A stretch of DNA of 63,872 bases, filler included, from Octopus bimaculoides (Eukaryota): the NCBI RefSeq assembly GCF_001194135.2. It is 8 parts of 7 records of this genome, joined end to end, with 100 filler letters (N's around TTAATTAATTAA, not from the genome) between each part and the next. Parts side by side here need not be neighbours in the genome. Positions count along the whole stretch, not along the records: positions 36,296 to 49,040 come from NW_026418758.1; positions 49,141 to 53,777 come from NC_068997.1; positions 53,878 to 58,522 come from NC_068981.1; 5 more parts are not named here. One strand, given 5' to 3'. The translations under genes and the position numbers were made by a program. Position 1 is the first letter of the stretch. The number at the start of each line of letters is the position of its first letter. Below are positions 40,720 through 54,040 of the stretch, in pieces. The notes under the pieces are model-generated. The model had not been told where the DNA came from. It made no database searches and worked only from the letters and a program-made list of their open reading frames with translations.

Positions 40720-41097
40720 TTATTCTTTTACTTCTCTCAGTCATTTGACTGTGACCATACTGGAGCACCACCTTGAGAGATTTTAGTCAAACAAATCAAC
40801 TCCAGGGCTTACATTTTAAGCCTAGTACTTATTCTATCAATCTCTTTTGCTGAACCACTAAGTTACAGAGTTGTAAACACCGTTTGTCAAGTGGTGTTGG
40901 GGGAACAAATGCAAACACAATGACACATACAAAATATATCTATATATTCAGTTTCCATCTATCAAATCCACTCACAAGGCTTTGGTCACCCTGAGGCTGT
41001 AGTAGAAGACACTTGCCCAAGGAGCCATGCAGTGGGTCTGAACCTGGAACCGTGGGGTTGGGAAGCAAGCTTCTTACTACACAGCCATGCCTGCGCC

Positions 41098-41098
<1 letters not shown>
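40720..41098 (-). mobile_element. tRNA-derived SINE, family 2
   Basis: Reverse complement with an intact head (aggcgcaggcatggctgtgtagtaagaagcttgc). Confidence 0.9.
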
Positions 41099-41190
<92 letters not shown>

Positions 41191-42227
41191 CTATATGTAT
41201 ATACATGTGTATATATGTATATAAGTGTATGTATGTGATATGTGTGTGTGTATACATTTGTGTGTACCTTGCCTAGATATCACATGATGGTTGTAAATGA
41301 GAATCTGTCATACACGCGAGGTTGTTCATTTCCAGTCATCAATGAAAAAACATGTCAAGCCATGGGGAAATGCTGTCTTGCTCAGAATAGGCTGGGGTTG
41401 GGGAGAGGAAACACATCTGGTCTTAGAAAATATACCTCAACAAATTCCAGCTCTTTACATTCTAGACTCAAGTTTGGTCATGTGCGATTTTGTCTTTCAT
41501 GTTCTTAGTGTTGATAAGTTGAAAACTGGAGTTGAGGTAATTGACTTATTCTATCTCTTAAAATTGCTGGCCTTGTGCCAAAATTTGAAAGAATTATTAT
41601 TATTGCTATCAACATCATCATCATCACCAGCATCATCGTCATCATTACTATTAGGAACTACTTGTGTCCTTCACATAGTTTTACATTTAATGTGGAATTT
41701 ATCCAAATTTCTTCATAATCAACAATATATCTAATTAATGAAGAAAAAAAATGCTTTTTTTTCAACCTTGTTCTGTTACAATTGACCACTCACATCAGCC
41801 AACACAACAACCACTATAACCACCACCACCACCACCACCATCATCATAGTAACCACAATCAACAACTAATTACAACTACCAATACTACTCTTGCCAACTC
41901 TCCTCTCACCTGTTACCTGTACTCTCAAACATTATAAACACATCTTCCCCAGAATTTACAACTACCACCAACACGAGCCAGTGAGAGAGACTCCAAATGG
42001 TTGCTCACTATACTACAAGCAGTGACTAAATTTCCCTCACTCATACGTTATTGGGAGGACACATTGGATAATATCGTTCTAGATGCTGATAAGCATGAGG
42101 TGGTCAGATCTGGAAAGCCTTTGATCCAGTGGCATAACATTACATTTTGGCCTCTTTGGGCAGTAGACAAATTGGCTGCTCCTTCCTTAAACATGACACA
42201 CTTTTAACAACTCAGATATCCACAGTG

Positions 42228-43445
42228 TCAAGGCAGCGGGTTGGCAGAAACGTTAGCATGGTGGGGGGAAATGCTCAGCAGTATGTTGCTTGTCTTTATG
42301 TTCTGAGTTCAAATTCCGTTGAGGTCAACTTTGCCTTCATCCTTTCAAGGTCGATAAATTAAGTACCAGTTGTGTACTGGGCTCAATCTAATCGACTGGC
42401 CCTCTCCCCCCAAATTTCAGGCCTTGTGCCTAGAGTAGAAAAAATATCTGCAGTGTCAAACACCATTGTCCAATGAGTCCACACCTATTTACCATCATCA
42501 ATTCACCACAGAGGAAGTTCATTATTAATGGTTCGAGAATATGACACACCACTCGGTCTAGAAATTGAAATCACGATCACTAGAACATGGGTGCAACACC
42601 CTAACCACTAGGTCATGCACCCTCACAATCATAATAATAATAATAATAATAATAATTAGTTCTACTAAAGGCAAAAGGCCCAAAATTTTTGGGGGAGAGG
42701 ACTAGTCAATTACACTGACTTCCAGTGTTTCACTGGTACTTAATTTATCAACTGCAAAAGGATGGAAAACAACACCGACATTGGTGGAATTTGAACCCAG
42801 AATGTAGTGACGAGCAAAATACCACTAAGCATTTTTTTCCAGTGTGCTAATAATTCTGTCAGCTTGCTGCCTTAATAATTATAGTGATAATAAAAATAGT
42901 AATAATGATAATGATGATGATGATAATGATGATGATAACAACAATAATAATAATCCTTTCTACTAAAGGCACAAGGCCTGAAATTTAGGGGGAAGGGACT
43001 AGTTGATTATATCGACCCTAGTACGTATCTGGTACTTATTTCATCGATACTGTGAGGATGACAGGCAAAGTCGACCTCAGTGGAATTTGAAATCAGACTG
43101 CAAAGAAGGTAGACAAAATACTGCTAAGCATCTTGTCCAGCGTGTTAATGATGCTGTCAGATTGTTACCTTAATAATAATAATGATGATAATAATAATAA
43201 TAATAATAATAATTTTTATTTCTCTATTGCCCTCAGGGGGATAAACATAGAGGAGACAAACAAGGACAAACAAAGGGATTAAGTCGATTACATCGAACCC
43301 ATTGTGTAACTGGTACCTATTTTATCGACCCCAAAAAGATGAAAGGCAAAGTCAACCATGACAGCATTTGAACTCAGAATGTAAAGACGGAGGAAAAGCC
43401 ACTAAGCAATTTGCCCAGCATGCTAAAAGTTCTGCCAATTTGAGA
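42228..43445. mobile_element. Cluster of four family-3 SINE copies separated by (AAT)n tracts
   Basis: Copies at about 42228-42445(+), 42660-42875(-), 42955-43170(-) and 43265-43440(-). A SINE head fragment lies at 42530-42625. Confidence 0.85.
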
Positions 43446-43474
43446 CCTTAATAATAATAATAATAATAATAATG

Positions 43475-43516
<42 letters not shown>

Positions 43517-43519
43517 GGA

Positions 43520-44530
43520 ATGTATACAATGAGCTTCTCTGCCCTAGGTGTACGGAAAACACTCGGCGAGAAATAGAAGAAAGAAGGAAAAAAACATAAT
43601 AATAATAATAATATTAATAATGAAGCCATAAATCCAATAAGATTTAAGAAAGACCAGAGAGAGCAGATGAAGAAAATTTGGCAGGACAAGAAAATACAGT
43701 CAGTTCTTGAAGAATAAAGATGAGATTGATTGGAATAGAACCTGGCAATGGCTGCAGAAAGGAGACTCAAAAGGGCCCACTGAGGCATTAGTATGCAGGG
43801 CTCAAGAACAAGCTCTCAGAACAAACCACTCCAAATATCACATTGATAAAAGTACTGACTTGCTACAGTGTAGAATGTGCTTTGAGAAGGGAGAAAGTAT
43901 AAGCCATATTGTTTGTGAGTGCTGTAAGCTTGCACAACATGAATACTAAAGGAGAGATGGCAATGTGGCCAGATAAGTCCCCTGTAAACAAACCTCAAGA
44001 GAGCTGAACAATGGTAGGAACATAAGCCAGAGGGAGTAATGGACAACAAACATTACAAGATACTCTGGGATTTTAACATACAGTGCGACCAAGTCGTAGA
44101 GGTGAGACGACCAGATATCATGCTCATCCATAAAGATGGAAAATAAGTAAAGATAATAGATGTTGCAATACCAGGCGATTCGAGGGTGAAATGTAAGGAA
44201 ACAGACAAGAGTGAGAAGTACCAGCCACTGCGGGACGAGATAGGAAAGTTATGGGGTATGAGGAAAGTAATGGTGATACTGGTGGTAACTGGAGCTTGGG
44301 AGCAGTTTCCAAGAGCTTTGAAAAACATATTAAGAATATTGGAGCTGCTGTCAGGCTCAAAGTGATCTAGAAGACAGCATTGTTGGGTGTAGCTTGCATT
44401 CTAAGGAGATTATTGTCTCTTTGAGTCACAGGAGAAGGCGCTATTTGAAACCTTTGGTGATTTGTTATTGCCTGCTTTCAAGTAAAGGACAACCGGAAAT
44501 TAAGAACTATCCAAGAGTCTCTCAGAATGA
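43520..44530 (+). mobile_element. Dong/R4-clade LINE 3' fragment (CCHC knuckle plus REL endonuclease)
   Basis: WQWLQKG...TEAL...AQEQALRTN...CRMCFEKGESISHIVCEC..LAQ.EY..., ILWDFNIQCDQVVEVRRPDI...IIDVAIPGD...EKYQ.L..EI.KLW...TGALG...KTALLG.A.ILR. Flanked by (TAA)n on the left and (AAC)/(AAT)n on the right. Confidence 0.92.
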
Positions 44531-44594
44531 TGTCAACAACAACAACAAAAGCAACAACAACAAGAACAATAATAATAATAATAATAATAATAAA

Positions 44595-45148
44595 TGCCCA
44601 GATGCAGTACCAGGCAGTGGCTTTCATGTCTTCTCATCTCAATTGATTGGAAGTGTTATGATGTACATTGTTTTGTCTTGATATAAAAGATGGTTTACAG
44701 CAAATATTCTGTTCAATATCACAAATGTGCTTGTCAATTGTTTGACCTTAACCAGTTAAGCATGTCCCTTAGTGGTTGAAGATATGTGCATCTCTGATCA
44801 TGTGCAGTAGTGGGGGAACATCATAGCCATGTATTGAGAGGAATTCTTTGGGGCTTGGATAATTCACCTTTGGAAACATGGGTGCTTTGTTCATCATCCT
44901 TAAACAAACCTTATTCAGGGACCTTTTGAACAGGATGGGCTACACGACCTGAAGAAAATTCTAACTGGGCTCCACCTGCAAAGTCATGCACTGTTAATCT
45001 TTATATGAGATCACCAAGTCATGTACATATGGTCGTGCTGCATATGCCTAGTGTACTCTTATCAGACAGGTAGTCATAATGGGCATACTAGGCATTGTAT
45101 ATTTTACCCCAGTGTCACATTGATGGCATGCACTGCTCTCTCACTCAA
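44595..45148 (+). mobile_element. Unclassified roughly 550-bp non-coding interspersed element, apparently full length
   Basis: Shares about 420 bp with 51320-51740 and 59170-59590. Its left end recurs inverted at 59610-59710 and 60010-60075. It has (AAT)n on both sides and no Pol III boxes or ORF. Confidence 0.8.
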
Positions 45149-45449
45149 TAATAATAATAATAGTAATAATAATAATAAAAGATGTGAAATGGAACCAGTC
45201 CATGTGTTTCTTATCAGATTTATATTGGATTATAAATGATTAACTACTATTGTAACAGCTATGTAATATGGTCTCATGGGTTTATAGATCTTTAAAAACA
45301 ATTTAAACTCCAAAAATCAAGATATGCATCATACATGCTAACCTATTATAGAAGTACTTATGCAGTAGTTGTTCATATTCAATAACCACCTAGCATATAT
45401 CTAGGTCAATGCACTTAACAAGCCTTCACCCAACATATGTATCTCATTT

Positions 45450-45495
<46 letters not shown>

Positions 45496-46123
45496 GTCAA
45501 TGATTAAATCCTCTGCCAATCAGAAAAGTGCAACGAGAGAGAGAGCATAATAACATACAGCAAGTGTGGTATCATTTGAACTTGTAAATCTTTAGTTCAG
45601 AAGCCAACATTTCATCAACATTTTAATTTCCAACATCACATAACTCTTGTTACGAATCCATCTTCCTCCAATCATTATCATATCTTATCTTTTGAAAATG
45701 AAGCATTGATATACATGTAAACTGGGATCTATACTTTCTAATTAATCAAGCAAATTAATGAAATAGATAATGGTACTTAAGATGGATGAAAGGGAGAGGA
45801 ATTAATCTTCATCTGTGTTAAAATGGAGGCACAAAAAAAAAAGTCATGCTGCGTACATAAATATAGGCAGATGTATGCATGATTTGCCATAACTATAAGC
45901 GTATATTTCTATGCTATATGTATACGAATGAGTACATTTATATAAGTTTATTTCTATCTAATCTATCTATCTATATCTCCCCTATCTCTCTTTCTATATA
46001 TATATGTGTGTGCGTGTGAGTGTGTATGTGTTATATAAATATATATATATACACACATATATATATATTTATATATACAAACACATATCTATATATATAT
46101 CTATTTGTATATATCTATATATA

Positions 46124-46169
<46 letters not shown>

Positions 46170-46398
46170 AGTAGATGGATAGATATAGGTATGTATCTAT
46201 ACATCTGTGTGTATGTATGTGTATACACACACAGACATACACACACACACACGCATGCACACACACACATATTTTATATGTATGTATACAACTAAGCAAA
46301 CTGACATATATACATGCATAAATATATATGTGTGTGTATGAATATACATAATATATAAACATGCATGAATATATATACATACACATATATATATACAT

Positions 46399-46498
<100 letters not shown>

Positions 46499-46592
46499 GT
46501 ATATATATATAGAGAGAGAGAGAGAGATAGTTATTAGTTATAGATATAGATATATATGCCTATATAAATATCTATATCTACCTATATAGATG

Positions 46593-46644
<52 letters not shown>

Positions 46645-47833
46645 CACGTATGATCATGCACACACACACACACACACTCATGTAAGTATATATTGGAAAG
46701 TTAATCCTTGCTATAGGCATCAAACCATATATATATTTTCTGGAAATTATTTTTCTATAAGTTTCTAGCTTTTATCTTTAATTGTTTAAACGATCTTAAC
46801 GGATTTTCTGCACAAGGAGCTGTTTTTAGATGCTTTTCAACGGCAACACCATCACTGACACAAACAGCGAGAAACTTAGAAAATGTAATAACAGTAGATA
46901 ATTTAATCATTATGGGATGCCGGCTTTAACCCTGTGGGATCATGGGATGTCTAATTTAATTTATATGCCCTGTTGTCTATTGAAACAAAAGAGGTACCAA
47001 AGATGTGGCAAATCTTATAAGATCAATCTTTACAGAAAATTTACAGAATATTTTTCTCTGTTTATCAATTATTTTTTTTTGTATATTTTTTTATTTTTGT
47101 AGCTTTTTTCCTTCCTTTTCAGCTTGCCCTCTTTCTCCCTGTTTTTCTCTGTCTCTGTCTCTCTCTCTCTGTCTTTGTATCTATCTTGCAATCTATCTAT
47201 CTATCTATCTATGTCTCTTGCTCTCTTATACAGCTTCTTTTTGATATGGTGGGTTTTTTTTTTTCTGTATGGTTGTTGGCTTTTCTTTTGTATTTTAATT
47301 TATTTTATGTAATTCACTTGAGGTTTTGTTGTGTTCGAAAATGACCCCCCCCCCTCCTCTCTCTGAGAGATAGGGGAGGGAGGAAGAGGAAGAGAGAGAA
47401 ATACTGTCTGAGAGAGAGACAGAGTGAAAGAGAGAAAGAAACAGGAAAGTAGAGAGAATATGTTCTGTGTGATATGTGCTTGTATGTGTGTGTGTGTTTG
47501 TATATACGTATGCATATATGTTTATATATGGGTGTGTATATATTTGTGTGTGTGTGTGTGTGTGTGCATACAAATGTGTGTGTGTGTAGATTAAAGAGAT
47601 TGCTATAGATATACATACTCAAACATAAGCAGATGAAAACACACACGCATATATATATATATATGTATAATATATAATAATATATGATACATATACATGT
47701 ATATATATATTCCATAAATAAATATATGTATGCGTGTGTATATATATATATGTATAATGTATAATAATACATGATATATATACATATATGTATGTATACA
47801 TACACATATATATATTATACCATATATATATGC

Positions 47834-47886
<53 letters not shown>

Positions 47887-48385
47887 GTATAATATATAAT
47901 AATATGATATATATATATACATATATGTATGTATACATAAACATATATGTATTACACCATATGTATATGTGTATATATATATATGTATATATACACACAT
48001 ATATATACATACACATACATTTATATAAGCATATATGTGTGNNNNNNNNNNNNNNNNNNNNNNNNNNNNNNNNNNNNNNNNNNNNNNNNNNNNNNNNNNN
48101 NNNNNNNNNNNNNNNNNNNNNNNNNNNNNNNNNNNNNNNNNNNNNNNNNNNNNNNNNNNNNNNNNNNNNNNNNNNNNNNNNNNNNNNNNNNNNNNNNNNN
48201 NNNNNNNNNNNNNNNNNNNNNNNNNNNNNNNNNNNNNNNNNNNNNNNNNNNNNNNNNNNNNNNNNNNNNNNNNNNNNNNNNNNNNNNNNNNNNNNNNNNN
48301 NNNNNNNNNNNNNNNNNNNNNNNNNNNNNNNNNNNNNNNNNNNNNNNNNNNNNNNNNNNNNNNNNNNNNNNNNNNNNNNNNNNNN

Positions 48386-48422
<37 letters not shown>

Positions 48423-49140
48423 ATGATTCTTATTCAATTTGTTTGAATTGTTACTCTCCTAACTTTGCATTTTATTTATTTATTTCTTCCAATATTCTTT
48501 CAAGGTTTTTTTTTTCCTACTTCAATAAAAAAAAAAAAAAACTTTATATAACTTTTTATACACTTTGAAACTGCATTGTCAATGAGACATCGCTAAACGC
48601 ACAGACATATGCTAGAACTTATATAACACATGAATACAAATGCACTGTCACACACTCATTTATAAGTATGTGTATTTATATGAGGTCACATGGCCTGATG
48701 GTAAGGGTGTTGCATTTGTGATCATGAGATCACGGTTTCAATTTCTAGACTGGGTAGTACATTGTTTTCTTGAGCAAAGCACTTCATCTCATTCTGGTCT
48801 GCAATCATATTGACACCTAATATGTGGTACACCATGCACCTGTTCAGGCAACATTGAATTGATGGAGGGAATGAGCTAATGTACAATACATACATATAAT
48901 CACTATAAGCAGTTCATTTGTGCAGGTCATTCAGTAAATGTTGAACACTCATATGTCGTCTCCAATGGGGAAGTCCATCATATTTATATACAGATGTGTG
49001 AATACAGAATACATACATATAATTCCCCCCCCCCTCTCTCNNNNNNNNNNNNNNNNNNNNNNNNNNNNNNNNNNNNNNNNNNNNTTAATTAATTAANNNN
49101 NNNNNNNNNNNNNNNNNNNNNNNNNNNNNNNNNNNNNNNN

Positions 49141-49179
<39 letters not shown>

Positions 49180-49366
49180 GACTCAAAATGTTTAAAGAAA
49201 TTATTTACACAAAATTACATTGTCATTCGTAAAAAAAAAACGCACACTCACGTACATACATACATATATACATACATACATACATACATACATACATACA
49301 TACATGCATAAAGATGGATGGATGAAGGGAGGGAGGGAGAGTTAGATGTAGATAGAATGTCTGCAT

Positions 49367-49407
<41 letters not shown>

Positions 49408-49651
49408 TGTTGTTGTTGTAGTAATAGGAGCAGCAGCAGCAACAGTGGTAAAGAATGAATACGAATACGTTATGGATATACTATATACGTAAACTTATAA
49501 TCACTACGTATACACACACAGACACTCACACAAGCGTGTGTGCGTGTGTATATATATATATTTACATATATATATATATGCATAGATGTGTGTGTGTGTA
49601 TATATATATACATATATATATATGTGTGTGTGTGTGTGTGTATATATATAC

Positions 49652-49710
<59 letters not shown>

Positions 49711-49828
49711 NNNNNNNNNNNNNNNNNNNNNNNNNNNNNNNNNNNNNNNNNNNNNNNNNNNNNNNNNNNNAGAAAAATAATGACGCATTTAAAGAAAAAT
49801 CATACACAGTAGCAGTACCACCGCCACC

Positions 49829-49877
<49 letters not shown>

Positions 49878-50459
49878 TCTGAAACCAAATAAAATTGGTT
49901 TCTCTTCCCGCTCTCTCTCTCTCTCTCTCTCTCTCTTTGTACACACATACATGCAAATGCACATGCTTATATTCACGCATACACCCCTTTTAAAATACAT
50001 CCTCATCCTCTTATTACACCACCTCCACCGTCACTACCACCACCACCACCACGACCAGCAACAACAACATCAACAACAACAATGACAAACAACTACACCA
50101 CAATCAAACAACAAATAGGTAAAAAAAAAAATCAAATAAAATAAGCATATTAAAAATAAAATAAAATAGAACTAAATAAAATATATATTAAAACTAAGAA
50201 AGAAAAAAACATATAAAGATGATGAAAAAATAAAACAGCGAAGGATCTTGTGAAATTCGAACCGATCAGCTTCTATTTGAACAGATGTAATAGGTGATCA
50301 ATCATAAACAGAAGGCAGGAGGTCGATTGGATGACAAAGCCACCTTCCGCCTAAACGGCATCGGCTGAAAGCGTTTTTCTGTCCTCCTCCACCCCGCCCT
50401 CTACCCTTCACCTCACACACTTTTGTGTTTCTCCCCCCCCCCACACACACACCTTTTTT

Positions 50460-51200
50460 TTCCGATGGAACTTGTATTTCTGTGTACGTTAGCCATCATG
50501 GCGGCTTGTGTTAGTCTACGTATGTTGGCCATTATTACCGCGTGTGTTATTTTTTCTGTGTGAGGTAGCGAAGATGGTAGCTTTATGTTGCTGTGTATCT
50601 CAGCCATCATGGCGACTTATTTTACTGTATGTGCGTTGGCTGCTATGGAAGCTTATATTTTCTCTTCGATAGCCATGATGGCGGCTTCTGTTAGTCTAGT
50701 TATGTAGGCCGTTATACCGCTTGTATTTTTTCTGTGTGAGGTAACCCTGATGGTGGTTTATGTTGCAGTGTATCTCAGCCAACACGGCGACTTAGTTCGC
50801 TCTATGCATGTTAGCCCTTAAATCGCCAGTATGGTAGCTTCTGTTCGTCTATGTATGTTGGCCATTATTACCGCTTGTTTTATTTTTTTGTGCGTGAGGT
50901 AACCAAGATGGTAGCTTACATTGTTTTTGTATATCCGCCATCATGGAAACTTATTTTACTGTAGATATCTTAGCTGCTATGGCGGTTTGTATTATCTCGT
51001 AGATAACCAAGAAGGCGGATTGTGTTTATATATATTATAATTATAACAATCGTCTTTACGTATATCAGCCAATTTGCTAACTTATGCTTTCTCAATGTAT
51101 ACACCCACGGTTGCGATTTGTGTACCAATGTACCTTAGCCATCATCATTGCTTGTTTTATAAGATATATGGCCACCATAATGGATATTTGTGTTTTCCCT
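50460..51200. repeat. Degenerate 33-41-bp minisatellite with a 5-unit, 180-bp higher-order repeat
   Basis: Units start at 50492, 50528, 50568, 50603, 50639 | 50672, 50708, 50744, 50778 | 50825, 50861, 50902, 50937, 50973, 51006. Each has a head like gccatcatggcggctt and a T-rich body. Units recur in A-B-C-D-E order. Confidence 0.9.
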
Positions 51201-51257
51201 GGGTAAATCGATCGAAAATCAATTTTATTCAAAAATATAGTTAATCTTCGGGTCAAA

Positions 51258-51317
<60 letters not shown>

Positions 51318-51319
51318 TT

Positions 51320-51739
51320 ATGTCAGTTGTTTGACCTTAACCAGTTGAGCATGTCCCTTGGTGGCTGATGATATGTGCATCTCTGATCATGAGCAGAAGT
51401 AGTGGGGGAGCATCATAGCCATGTGTTGAGAGGAATTCTTTGGGGTTTGAATAATTCACCTCTGGAAACATGAGTGTTTTGTTCATCATCCTTAAAACAA
51501 ACTTTATTCAGGGACCTTTTGAGCGGAATGGGCTACTTGACCTGAAGAAAATTCTAACTGGGCCCCACCTGTGAGGTCATGTGCTGTTTATTTTGATATG
51601 AGATCACCATATCGCGCACATATGGTTGTGATGCATGTGCCTGGTGTACCCTTATCAGACGGGTAGTCATGATGGGTATACTGAGCTTCGTATATTTTAC
51701 CCCAGTGTCACTTTGATGGCATGCACTGCTCTTTCACTC

Positions 51740-51740
<1 letters not shown>
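51320..51740 (+). mobile_element. Left-truncated copy of the 44595 element
   Basis: Collinear with 44730-45148 and embedded in (AAT)n. Confidence 0.88.
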
Positions 51741-51776
<36 letters not shown>

Positions 51777-51782
51777 TGAAAT

Positions 51783-51978
51783 ACAGGTACAACAGAAACA
51801 GGAAGAAAGAGTGAGAGAAAGTTGTCGTGAAAGAGTACAGAAGGGTTCGCCACCAACCACTGCCGGAGCCTCGAGGAGCATTAGGAGTTTTTGCTCAATA
51901 AACACTCACAACGCCCGGTCTGGGAACCGAAACCGCGATGCTACGACCGCGAGTCCGCTGCCCTAACCACTAGGCCAT
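51783..51978 (-). mobile_element. tRNA-derived SINE, family 1, 5' part
   Basis: Reverse complement of the ggaggcgcaatggcctagtggttagggcagcggactcgcggtcg head, with CpGs intact. Confidence 0.9.
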
Positions 51979-52253
51979 TGCGCCTCCACTATGATTGCAT
52001 ATATACGTACGTATAAACATAAATACAATGTGTGTATGTATGTATGTATGTTTGTATACACATATACAGACATACATGAAAATTAGCATACATACTGGCA
52101 TACATACAGGCAGGCGTACAAATATACAGACAGAGGGACAGACTGATTTGCATATATACATTCAAAGAGAGATGTACATAAATATATACGCATGCATAGG
52201 ACAGATATGCTAACATACAGACATGCATGCATACGCATACATACATACATACA

Positions 52254-52285
<32 letters not shown>

Positions 52286-52488
52286 CACATACATACATAC
52301 ATACATACAGACCACAACACATATGCAAAATGGAAGCAATTTAAGAACTTGCCTCATGACGTCATCGATGTCAGTGTCTATCTAACTCCCGAAGACAATG
52401 TACGAGGATTTGCGGAATGATTGTGTCACAGCATTGCGTGCTAATGTTTGACACCGGGTAACAGGCTAGCTTGCAAAATGTAATATTG

Positions 52489-52528
<40 letters not shown>

Positions 52529-53489
52529 CTGCTCGGTAAGGGTCCTTAGTGTGTATGCAAGCCTCAAGAACATTGCTCTTTTTCGGGCAGAGGTGATAAG
52601 AGGCGGCAGATGCTCTGTTTTACAGAAATCCCAAAGAACTGACACCTTTCTCCCTTCAGTAGCTTGAAATAATTGTTTGTAACAAGCCAAGGCCAACATT
52701 ATCAAGGTCTGTATAAATATATATTGAAGGTAGGAGGGTTTTTGGCTCTGGTGGTGGCAGTGGTGGTAGTGGCAGTGGTGGTGGTTGTAACGGGGGTGGG
52801 TAGTAGTTTTGGCTGTGGTTGTGTTGGCTGTGGTGAAGGTGGTAGTGGTGATGATAATAGTGGAATTAATGGTGGTGGTAAAGCTGGCGATGGTGATGGT
52901 GATATTGTCGTTCGTGATGGAGGTGGTGGTAGCGATGGTTTTGCTGGTGGTGTTGTTACTGTTGATGGTGAAGATGTTAATTTGTTAAGTGATATGTTTG
53001 GGGTGCGTGTTTAAGTTCAAAAAAAAGAAAAAAAATTATTAAAGTTACTTCCTGAACCATAATCTCATAAGGCTGGTTGCTGTATATATCCCACTAACCA
53101 ACCCTTGGATGGAACGCCAGTCCGTCGCAGGATTACTCATTTTTTTGCCAGCAGAGAGGACAGGAACAACAAGAAATGAAGTGTTTTGCTCGGGAACACA
53201 ATGCATTGCCCGGTTTATGAATAAAGACCACATTATTGCGACCATATGTGCTACACCCTGTCCACCCTGCTACACCCGGTCGAGCTAAAAAATATAGAAG
53301 ACGCTGACCCAGCATTGCCGCACGTAAAAGATAAAAGATAGAAGATAAGTGCACCACCCGCTAGCCACAGCGTCGCGCGCCTTCATAACATTAAAGGGTG
53401 AACTAAAACACCGTAAGGCATTTTGTCTGCCCCTTAAACTCATCCCACCTGCAATTGCCCCATGGAGGGAAACTAACTGAACAAGTGTG

Positions 53490-53755
53490 ATCTACTATAG
53501 TCCCGGGCCGACCAAAGCCTTGTGAGTGGATTTGGTAGACGGAAACTGAAAAGAAGCCCGTCGTATATATGAACAAGTTTGTGTGTCTGAGTTTGTCCTC
53601 CACGACCATCGCTTGACAACCGATGTTGGCGTGTTTACGTCCCCGTAAATCAGCGGTTCCGCAAAAGAGGCCGATAGAATAAGTCCTGGGGTCAATTTGT
53701 TCGACTAAAGGTGGTGCTCCAGTATGGTCACAGTCAAATGACTGAAAGAAAAGAG
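53490..53755 (+). mobile_element. tRNA-derived SINE, family 2, 3' part
   Basis: ctactatagtcccgggccgaccaaagccttgtgagtggatttggtagacggaaac..., with CpGs largely intact. Confidence 0.88.
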
Positions 53756-53941
53756 AAAAGATATATATATATATATANNNNNNNNNNNNNNNNNNNNNNN
53801 NNNNNNNNNNNNNNNNNNNNNTTAATTAATTAANNNNNNNNNNNNNNNNNNNNNNNNNNNNNNNNNNNNNNNNNNNNAGAAAAGCGCTACATTGTATTTG
53901 TCTCATCTTCGTTGAGCCCTGTGTGGCTAATAAAAGAAATG

Positions 53942-53972
<31 letters not shown>

Positions 53973-54040
53973 GTGTGTTGTGTATGTATGTGTGTGCGTG
54001 TGATTGTGTGTGTGCGTATGTGCGTGATCGTGTGTGTATG

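Noticed and set aside
41950-42207. Roughly 84-codon plus-strand open frame (NLQLPPTRASERDSKW...)
   Set aside because: No good donor, no recognisable motif, and open frames of similar length occur on the opposite strand.
50413-50610. ORF MMAEIHSNIK... across the array
   Set aside because: It is a by-product of the repeat. Unit lengths are not all multiples of three and frames close between units.
50460-51200. CRISPR-like repeat-spacer reading of the minisatellite
   Set aside because: The spacers recur with a 180-bp period, the repeats are degenerate, there are no cas genes and the context is eukaryotic.
52673-53014. 113-aa Gly/Val/Asp-rich ORF
   Set aside because: It is a decayed (GGT)/(GAT) microsatellite with no splice or homology support.
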